Assembly (NCBI GenBank): GCA_025786725.1
Contig: JAHLTZ010000007.1
Location: 434,001 to 498,000 of the forward strand
Source: Syncephalis fuscata S228
Lineage: Eukaryota > Fungi > Zoopagomycota
Length of the DNA: 64,000 bases
Reading direction: 5' to 3'
Position numbers and translations under genes: made by a program. How positions within the stretch are numbered: position 1 is the stretch's first letter; each line of letters starts with the position of its first letter. The notes beneath the pieces were generated by a model, which did not search any database, was not told where the DNA came from, and saw only the letters and a program-made list of their open reading frames with translations. Below are positions 53,601 through 62,847 of this stretch, one piece after another.

Positions 53601-54282
53601 CTGATGGTACCAATTATTTAATATTAATAGAACGTAAGTGGTATTGTACATTAATTAACTATATATTAACTGTAATACTTGCTGATGATATCAATTATTT
53701 AATGTTAATAGAATGTATGTGAAAGTTTTGTATTAGCTGGTTATGTACTAATCACATACTATTTAATGTATGCATCAACAACTTAATATTAATAGGCAGT
53801 AAGTAGCAGTGTGTATTAACTAATTATTTACTGACCATATTCATGTACTGTGTACATTAACAACTTAATATAATAGAAAGTAGGTTATATTGTATATTAA
53901 CCGACTACACACTAATCATATACCATGTATCGTGTGTATCAACGACTTAATATAATAGACAGTAAGTTGTACTGTGTATTAATTAAACATGCATTGATTA
54001 TATACCATGTACTGCGTGTTAACAACTTAATATTAATAGTTGGTAAGTAATATTATGTATTAATTGAATATGAACTAACTACATGCTATGTAATCTATCC
54101 ATAAACAAATTAATGTTAGGTGAATGTAAGTGATATTGTATATTAATTGTCTATGAGCTAATCGCATGCTATTTACTGTGTGTATTAATGACTTAATATT
54201 AATAGGCTGTAAGTAGTATTGTATGTTAACTGACTATACATTAATTATACGACATATAATATCTTTATTTGTAAATACAGAA
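50667..54282 (+). CDS. Micro-exon gene copy 2: 35 exons, 65-aa secreted prepropeptide with a 34-aa six-Cys mature peptide
   Basis: Exon 1 50667-50760 (MKLSIAVICTIVVALVASTVMVDANPALVRR+G). Microexon starts: 50835 atc, 51723 gct, 51806 gca, 51888 agg, 51967 att, 52050 gcg, 52132 ttg, 52216 gcg, 52299 gat, 52379 gtc, 52460 gtc, 52543 atc, 52609 aac, 52690 aag, 52768 gtc, 52849 ctg, 52930 acc, 53011 att, 53092 ctg, 53172 atc, 53240 gtc, 53322 cta, 53403 gct, 53485 gca, 53550 aac, 53631 aac, 53712 aat, 53796 gca, 53877 aaa, 53959 aca, 54040 ttg, 54120 gtgaat, 54206 gct. Last exon starts 54281 (aa taa). Every exon has AG before it and GT after it (one GC, at 52135). The joined frame is open: DRCKDCVGGCRHQQGPDHSDRPSCKQQCKNIGEC*. 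Confidence 0.88.
50858..51646 (-). mobile_element. ~790-bp insertion in intron 2 of the micro-exon gene, possibly a non-LTR retroelement remnant
   Basis: Interrupts a repeat unit. Flanked by gtgatattgtatatta (50842-50857) and gtggtattatatatta (51647-51662), 14/16 identical. The minus strand is purine/A-rich and ends in an (AAAAT)-like tail. No transposon protein motif recognised. Confidence 0.5.
51647..54280. repeat. Degenerate ~81-bp tandem array, about 33 units (intron + microexon)
   Basis: Period 78-84 nt, with three shorter units (introns of 62-65 nt). Splice signals are retained in every unit. Confidence 0.96.
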
Positions 54283-55453
54283 TAATCAATGGTTTCAAGA
54301 CAGCAGAATTGGTAGTGCAATCAAGCCACTATTCCAATACACTTTAGGTATATATTCGGTGAAAAGCAAGACCATTTGACAACTACGCCGTCCAGTCCAC
54401 CTATATATCAAGTTTTGGCCAATGCTCCGGTTTATCCAGTCTTTAATCAATGAGATCATTATTTTATCAACAAGCTTGCAATCAGTTGTTTCTATTCAAC
54501 TGTGCAAGCTTATAGTAATAAACCTATGGTTTCATCTTAGCTATATACAATCAAATCGCTATGTCTATAATCAGGTTTTATTGATATCTAAACATTAACG
54601 ATTATTAATTAAATAGTTAAATCAACAAAAAAGTATAATTACGTTGTGTTAATTACAAGCATAAGTTGATATATGTATAGTAATATCATCATTTAAATAG
54701 CAATTTATAAATAAATATTGTAGCGATACGCATTATTAATGAAGTCAAACACATTTTTTGCAAATATATTGTAATATAAGACATTATCTAATAAATAAAT
54801 ACTAATGGACTGAAGGCCGGTATTTCATTATAAGCTGGATAAATAATGTGTATATTTATATTGAGCGTGTGCTATACAAGCATTCGAATACATATGCTGA
54901 GCAATTAAAAAGACATTCCTATTTTTAGGATCACTACAATATAATACTAGATTTATTATATACTACTATATAGCTCAAAATTTATTTAAAACAGACCTTT
55001 ATTTAAAATAAGGGAGTTGGTTGTAAGTAATATAATCATATGAGCTACAATGCTATTGCGCATTAATTGTAGGCAATGTATGGTAAAATGACACATTAAT
55101 TGTAGGTAAATTATTACTATCAGAATAAATATGCATTCGGGTTTTCAAATATTATTTCAAGTACTTTTACTTTAAAAAACTGATTATTTTATAAATTTCT
55201 TATTGCTATTTATTTTTTAATAAAAAATTACTTTACAAAGCATTAAATTTTCAACATATACAAGAATAAGCTGTATAAGACATTTGCAATTAAAGTGTTT
55301 TATTTACAATTTAAACGTTTGTATCAATTGAGTCAACAATAACGTTTAGTACAAAACATTCAAAATATGTCTTCACATTTTACTTTTAAAATATGAATTC
55401 ATTATCTCAATAATGCATAAAACCTTAATTTACCGTTTTCAGTTTATCGACTA

Positions 55454-57422
55454 TCAAGAGGCTGATGGCCCATGAATAAGGCCGGTGTGCATGTCAATAA
55501 ACCAATTTTGCCCGTTGTCTTTATCAAACATTGCACATAAGGATCCAATAAATGGGACTGGTTTCGAATTGAATGGACAATAAATTGAGCGTAATAAATC
55601 TCCAGTTCGAGCATCGAATAGATCGAACATTGTATAATTCTGAGCGATGATCAGCTTTTCACTATATAATTTTGCAATAGTTGTACAGTTTATAGTTCGA
55701 GTCCATACTATACGTCCTTGGTCAGAACTATCGATTGGCAATAACTGGCCGAGATCTCTGGCGTCAAACATTGATTGGGACAAATCTTTTGACGAAGATT
55801 TCTCCAATGCAAATAGCGATAATAAAGCTTTAAACGTGTGCATTGGATACCGCTCTTGCATTTTCCCATCATATACACTTATTAAACACATTCCTTCTGT
55901 ATATGTTTCAGCCTTGATTATGGCATTCGAGCAATATGGAATGGTGATTTGATTTGATAATATTTTTTTGCACTGAGATTGGTCTTTTTGGACGTCAAAT
56001 AATTCCCATTGAACATGCATTAACCGATTGCTATTACTAAAAGCCGACAAATTTTGAGCAGTATAAGCTATATAAGTGGAGTCATACTCTATAGAGCTAG
56101 GCGCTAATGTCCATGTTAGCAATTGGCATTGGCCACTAGAAGCAAATTGAATACATGTACATGAGACATGGCTGCTTAATCTTGGCCCTTCTATCCACTG
56201 TTTTCCCACCAAGTCAAGAAAATCAAACCTTTTGTAGAGATCTTGCATACTTTTAGTTTGTAAAAGGACATGGTTGTTGTAAATGCCAACTAAACAAGAT
56301 ACACCATGACCTTCCCAACTTTGACTTTTGTCCTGAAGATAAATAATATTTGGAGATGAATAGCCAGCATCGGGCCATACTATAATAGCCTCTCGCAGGC
56401 TGCTTGTTCGTTCTTTTGCGGATTCAGTAGTCGAAGCAATAGATGGAGATTTGTCTAAATTGTTAGAAACCTCAAGCTTGTTTTCTTTAATATACTCCGC
56501 TTCCATTTCAGCTAAGTTTACTATTGTCAGCTACATTAGTAAATACTACCGTAGTCACTAAAACTAATAATAAAAAATTACCTATTGGGTCGCCAATAGC
56601 CACACTGTTCACGTCACCATAAGTGTCCATAGAAATATGAGCCACAATGAATTGATTTACTCCATAGACTGAGTGGGTTTGCACTATTTTCTTGAATAAA
56701 GGCGATGCTAGAGAAGTAATCAATTCTCTTTCAATCAGCTGCTCGTCATTGTGTGTACTTTTTTGGTTAAAGAGATTGTACTGAATTGACCAAATTTTTG
56801 TTTCTTGTTTACACCACACCAATGTATACCAGCGATTTACTTCAACTAGCTCCAGCTCAGAGTATTTATCAATTGGCAAATCGCATATCCACTTTTTGAA
56901 TTGGTCTGCCGTAAGTTTGCGGTTGATATGTCGGCGCCAGCGATAGGCGTAAAACCAATTAATGGTATCAAGGTTAGAGACGGGTGGTAAATCGCCAACA
57001 GGCAATATAAGCTCATAATCATCAGTATCAATTGTTGTAATAGTATTGAAACTAAATACAGATGATGGGTCGTCAACAGGTGATATAAGTTCATAATCAG
57101 CATCATCAGCTGTTATAACATTATATGTTGACAAATCTTCATGTGTTGTTTGGTTTACATTAAGTGAAGGCTTGTTTGATTCTTTTGCAGCATTAATGTG
57201 CCAGCTATACCATGTAAGCCAACTTTGTTCACGCTGATCACCTAGACAAAATTTGTATCTATATTGTTGTTCCCAATAATCAGGATGATCAACTATCATT
57301 TGATGAAGAAATCGACAGCACGTGGCAAAACGTACCACATCTCGCTCTTCCATAAAATTAAACAAATGCAATAAAACATCGTAGTTTTGCCAAAAGTACT
57401 TGTTATGAATACTTGAAGCCAT
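55454..57422 (-). CDS. F-box-like protein, copy B, intact (intron 56521-56581)
   Basis: Same sequence as copy A but with an open C-terminus ...NWFIDMHTGLIHGPSAS*. Confidence 0.8.
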
Positions 57423-58016
57423 GGTTAACTAGAAATAGCTACGTCAAAATTGTTATATGATAGACAGAATGGACAGCAAGGAATGCAAGTAGAAAAAGGC
57501 CTTGTATGCCTTTTGAGTTGTTTTTATTCTATTTAAAGCATACTTGTTACACGACTATGTATGTCCGTTGAGGTACAACATTGTTTTTATTTGATTTATA
57601 AAATAAAGAGTGCAATTACAAAAGTGCAGTTAATTGCCAATAAAATTTAAGCAAATACTATTACCAAATATAATAAATGTATATTATCCAGTTTTTTCCA
57701 TACTAAAGAACCATAGCTTATTTTGCAACTTGGCGATCTAATTATCAAATATATTTTAAAATAACATATTTACAAAAAAAGAGTTATCAGTTAAGGCTAT
57801 TTCTTGGGATCCATGTTAAGTAATATGCTTTCCAAATAAATGTTCTAATTAAAAAACCAAAATGCTTTATTATTATTTGTATTTGCTATAAATATCAGGG
57901 CATTCATAAACGTTGAAACTAAACCCATCACACACACAGCCTTTTAGTCTATTATTTTATAAGCACGCCAGCTAAACACCAGTATTTATAATTTATCGCT
58001 TTATCGTATCATTAAT

Positions 58017-58208
58017 ATGAAGTTTTCTACTGCTATCATTGCCGTCGCCGCTCTTTTGGTTGCCGCTGTCTTTGTCGAGACTGCACCAGGTTTCGCCAAG
58101 CCATCCATCGCTGGATCACCATGTGTTGTCGGTGTTAGTCCGTCAGTTGGTGCTCTTGTCTGTCAAAGTAATGGTGACGGTGCTAGCAAATTCGGATACC
58201 GCTACTAG
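58017..58208 (+). CDS. Small secreted peptide (63 aa, 2 Cys), single exon
   Basis: Signal peptide MKFSTAIIAVAALLVAAVFVETA; GC-rich coding island; TATAAA at 57887-57892. Confidence 0.78.
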   Translation: MKFSTAIIAVAALLVAAVFVETAPGFAKPSIAGSPCVVGVSPSVGALVCQSNGDGASKFGYRY

Positions 58209-59337
58209 TTGACTACTATGTACCAATAATATTGCTGTTTGGTGAAAGCATGCAACACTGTAACTTATTCAAATATTATTGGCCTCTCCACCTGTTTATA
58301 TTCGGGCTTGGATACACTAATATTACTTTAATAAGATATATACAATATGCTCATCTCTAACAACTCATTGCCATATCACAAACACCAAATGTTTATAAAA
58401 AAGTGATTATATTATATGTTAGATAGGTAAAAGCTTGTAAATAGCTATCCGCATTTGATATAATATATTATTGATAAATTATATCGTTTTACTATTTTTT
58501 TAATATTTATTCATTTAATTATATTAAGCAAAAATATTTTACATAATTTATTTGTTACAGATTGGTTGATTATTGTAATTATTTTATTTATGGCGATAAA
58601 TACTTAACGAATATAAACCTAAAATAATGGACAACATACTAATTACCAAATCAGTGCGTAAAATACGTGCCCTATTCAAGTGCAAAACTTGCAATACGAT
58701 GTGAAATTGCGATGTGATGATTGTCAAAGCATACATTATTTTATATATATCAACAAAAGAGCAACACAGCAATATCGTAGTGTATGATAGCTAATAAATA
58801 AAACCAGACTTTCTTTTTAACTGTAGTTATAATTTTATAAAACTTTTTTATTAATTTCGTGTAGTCAATAAAAATAAAATAGCAGAAATGCTATAAATAT
58901 GCAAGTGAAAGTGTATGAATATCGATGATGAAGCTACAATGTACATTTTAATGGTAGAAATTAATAGTTATGATAAATACAGTTAGAATTAAACAAACAG
59001 CTTTTATTAATAGTGCGTAATTAGTAGAGGCTATGATCATATGTAATAAATAAATAAGTCTTAATTTAATAAATAAAGAACATAATATAATGCCATTATC
59101 ATGATAAATAAAATCAATAATATAAGTATGATACTTTTATTGTAAGTAAATTATCATTCCAAAGGATTGATGGCCTTTGAAGGTTGCACAATACATATAC
59201 ATCCAAAATACACGTCATGCATACGACCATTATAGATACGCATTATAATCCTCTATCTTTTAGTAAAGTATTATTGACGTGAATAATCCTTAAAAATCTA
59301 GCTACTATCCTTTTATTGCCTTGTTAACTTATGCACA

Positions 59338-60993
59338 ATGGACCATATTCCTATACTTGTTATTGGATGTGTTGCGATATTTTCTGCCAGCGACTCGCTT
59401 GTTCTGCTTTCATGCTGCAATAAATGGCTGCGGTATTGTGTCAGTCAACAGAATAATTTCTGGTATCAGCGATATAAGCAGTATTATAATATTGCTGATG
59501 GCAATGAAGTAAAGTGGTTGGCCTGGTATGTGAAGACAACACGTGCATCGAAACTGTTGACATTACAGACCAAAAAAACAATCAACATTGCACAGTTGCA
59601 TAACCAGCATATCGAATGGTTTCATGCATTCTGCTATCGGCGTGCTACTGATGTAAATTGGCTTAAAGACACACCATACCCAGTTAAAGATATAGTGGAA
59701 AAGGAACCAGATAACGCTCGTTCTATTATATTGCAAAGAATTGCTTATCATCGAAATGAACTATCGGAATGTTTCATTGCTGAGCAGTGTCAATTAATAG
59801 GAGAAGCATTTACTAAACGATTTTGGCGCTTGCGTAGACTATTTATGAATGATGTGGACTATATGTCGTACGCAAAACAATGCCTGATATCAGACAGATT
59901 TGTGGTGGTTATCAGTACACAAGCAAATTGCGTAAATTTTAGCCACAAAACACCATGCTTAATTTCCATTTGGCCAGTACATTTAGTCTCGATTATGCGA
60001 CCACGTCAATTTTCCTGTTTATGCAGTAACGCAAGCATCCGTGGTCGTTGGATGCTAGTTAATCATATTGACTTGGAAAGCGAACAGGATTATGGATCTG
60101 ATCCATTAGCAATTACCCGCGTTTTCGATCTTGCTAACGGTCAAAGATGTATGGGCATCATTACAAAACACTATGGAGAAACATTTTTATTAAGAGTTAC
60201 TGATGAGGCAGCAATTGTATTTAGTAAATCGTTGGATCGCTCGAATGCCACTGCCACTGTCACACTTAGATGGAATGTATGGGAGTTTTCAAATCGTCAT
60301 ATAGGATATGGGCCACGCTGTCTAATGCAAGGAGAAATCCACTTTGAGGAATTCGATGAATCTGAAATTCTTGTTAAAAAACTGGATGATACTCGAGTTC
60401 TGATTGAAAATAACTCACATTTATCTTTTGATGAGTGGAACAAAAGTAGTGCGAATGAAATAAGTTTGGCCATGATTTCAACAGAATGCGGCTATTCAAA
60501 CGTTTGCATTAAAGACGTAAATCCCATTTGGACATATAATAATTATTTTTATGGTACAGTACCGCTATTTGGCTATAAACATATTCTTGTTATATCTAAA
60601 AGAGAATGGACAGTTCACAGCATAATCGATGGCGCTATATTAGCACGCATCGATCTAGAAACTTTAAGTTTAATGCCTGCAGCTGTTCGCATGCAAGATA
60701 CAATTTTTTACAATAGCTTTTTTTCATTATACATTGGAAGATTTATTATTTACGAATCTCAATATGACGACGCATTCATAGCAATGGATTTAATTCATCC
60801 AAATCGTATTAAAAGTTTGGGCATAGAAAATTCAAATTATTTATACGAAAAATTATTTGGTCATCCCTATATTCTTACAAGATTTGACCGCCTAATTGGA
60901 AATCATTTATTACTAAATGATACATTCGATACAAGAAACACGATGGTAGTAGTAGATAACGAAGATTATAAAATTGTAGATTTGTCATTTTAA
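59338..60993 (+). CDS. F-box-like protein, divergent member of the same family as copies A and B (551 aa, intronless)
   Basis: LSCCNKWLR..FWYQRY...EVKWLAWY...IEWFHAFCYRR parallels FATCCRFLH..YWEQQY...EQSWLTWY...INWFYAYRWRR. LRWNVWEF parallels VQWELFDV. Confidence 0.82.
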   Translation: MDHIPILVIGCVAIFSASDSLVLLSCCNKWLRYCVSQQNNFWYQRYKQYYNIADGNEVKWLAWYVKTTRASKLLTLQTKKTINIAQLHNQHIEWFHAFCYRRATDVNWLKDTPYPVKDIVEKEPDNARSIILQRIAYHRNELSECFIAEQCQLIGEAFTKRFWRLRRLFMNDVDYMSYAKQCLISDRFVVVISTQANCVNFSHKTPCLISIWPVHLVSIMRPRQFSCLCSNASIRGRWMLVNHIDLESEQDYGSDPLAITRVFDLANGQRCMGIITKHYGETFLLRVTDEAAIVFSKSLDRSNATATVTLRWNVWEFSNRHIGYGPRCLMQGEIHFEEFDESEILVKKLDDTRVLIENNSHLSFDEWNKSSANEISLAMISTECGYSNVCIKDVNPIWTYNNYFYGTVPLFGYKHILVISKREWTVHSIIDGAILARIDLETLSLMPAAVRMQDTIFYNSFFSLYIGRFIIYESQYDDAFIAMDLIHPNRIKSLGIENSNYLYEKLFGHPYILTRFDRLIGNHLLLNDTFDTRNTMVVVDNEDYKIVDLSF

Positions 60994-61235
60994 TTTCTAT
61001 TCATTCATTAAACAATTTGTACAATTATTAATATGATATATTACAGCGATCAGTGTTATACAACATGAAATTAGCCAATTAATTACTAATGCTCCAAGCC
61101 AATATACTATAATTTATTATACTATTACCATACTTAGTTAATAAACAAAACGCATACGTATCATGATCATAAGATAAATAACAAATAATAGCATTATACA
61201 TATTCATTTCGACCTGTTACACCATATTTATTAAC

Positions 61236-62733
61236 TTAAGGCTTGGGCAAATGAGCAAGAGTACGCGCATTATCCAGAAATACTCGTACTAAATCAGAAA
61301 ATACATTATTTTCATGACGATTCATACGTTGATGTTCCCGCTGGAGTGCCGCTATATCCCATAGCTCTAGTTCTAGTTCATGAGTTGTTGTATCCTATGT
61401 GTAATAAATAGATGACAGAGAAAAGATCGTTACAATGCTTGTTATACTACTATTGATCGTCCATTTATAGTTTACTTACTTGCCCGGTTACCACTTGTGT
61501 TAGATCAACCTGACAATGCTGATGCTTATAACTAACACGATTCTTTTTGCGTTCCATTATCCAGTCGCCGCTTGGCATAGTTGATACTAATATATAAATA
61601 TTATCGTGTGCTCATTAATTAGCAATTAAATACACCACCATCTATTGCTTACACTTACCTGGTACTTCCTCGTTAACAGATAGACGAAAATCAAACGGAC
61701 TATTCGGTGAATAAATATGAAGATTGGCCAGTCGATTCTTTCTTAGAATACCGTTTGGCAATACTGCTTTTGTGTCCCAATCTACCGATACGCGTACTCG
61801 ACCCGAACCATCTGGATAGAATCGATCACATTCACGGGCTCGTCGATAGTTGACACGATGTCCCTAACATTGACAAATTTGATAAATTGATCAAAATGTG
61901 TAGTCTAAATCAACCTACTCGATAATGAGGTTTTTGTGTCTCTTCAACACGTCGATTCAATCTTGTATTAATACGTTGATGCCATTCCTAATTATAGTGT
62001 TATTCAGCAACACGTCATGATTACCGCAAATTAACATATAACTTACGGCAGGCATATTTGACTCAAATCGCATCCATTTATTATCTCCAGGTGATATAAC
62101 TATTAGCAATGATTTATTTTATTGTTATTACTATCCATCAATATACAATTATCTATCTTATACTGTTGCTCTTTACCTGCTTCTGACATAACTGGTAGAC
62201 GTATTCGTTGTCCCGTTTGTTTATCAAGTAATAAACCAAATTTTGCTTCAATCTATTATCATGGTTGGGCAATTGATAGTATACAATAGACTGCTGCTTA
62301 CCTCGAGGTGAGGCCGTGTAATATAGCGGGCTAGAAACTCGGACACTGCGTGCAGTGTATCGTCGAAGGGACGCGTACCAAATAGTGTAGGCTCCAATAC
62401 AGGTGCAAGTGCCGAGTTTGCCCCTTGTTCGCGCGCACGCTTAACTTCAACAGCTTCTGGCTTATGAGTACCGGCTGGAGGAGGGAATGCACTAGCATTC
62501 GGTACAGTCGCGTCTGCTTCAGTAGATGACCGTGTCCCTGAGCGCTGATTCTCATCGGCTGTAGCACTAGTGGATGTTGCTAATGACCGTTTTGAGCTAT
62601 GACGCGCCGTCGCGTTTAATTCATCGTCCGCTGCATCCCCAACCTCTGAGCGCGACCGTTTATGCGAAGAAGAGTCGTTACTCTTTGTATCTTCCTCATT
62701 ACTCGTTGCTGTTGGTAATGTCAAATCTGACAT
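61236..62733 (-). CDS. CET1: mRNA capping RNA 5'-triphosphatase (Cet1/triphosphate tunnel metalloenzyme family), multi-exon
   Basis: Motif A region HLE|..EAKFGLLLDK; RIRLPV; FESNM; PFDFRLSVNEE; RKKNRVSY; VDLTQV; motif C HELELEL. Confidence 0.88.
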
Positions 62734-62847
62734 GGTATAAAATTAAAGTGTATTAATTAAATGTTAATTATATCAATTTGGTTTTAATAGTATTATTTAT
62801 TGTCATCATCATCGTTATAATCATCGTTCATGTCATTTAGTTATCTT

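Noticed and set aside
50835-54208. Reading the 3-nt exons as whole codons (phase 0: IAARIALA...)
   Set aside because: Exon 1 is 94 nt and ends one base into a codon. Only phase 1 gives conserved Cys and a terminal stop in both paralogues.
51647-54280. CRISPR array or plain AT-rich minisatellite
   Set aside because: Eukaryotic context, no cas genes and degenerate units. The conserved parts are splice signals, and the variable 3-nt cores join into an open Cys-patterned frame.
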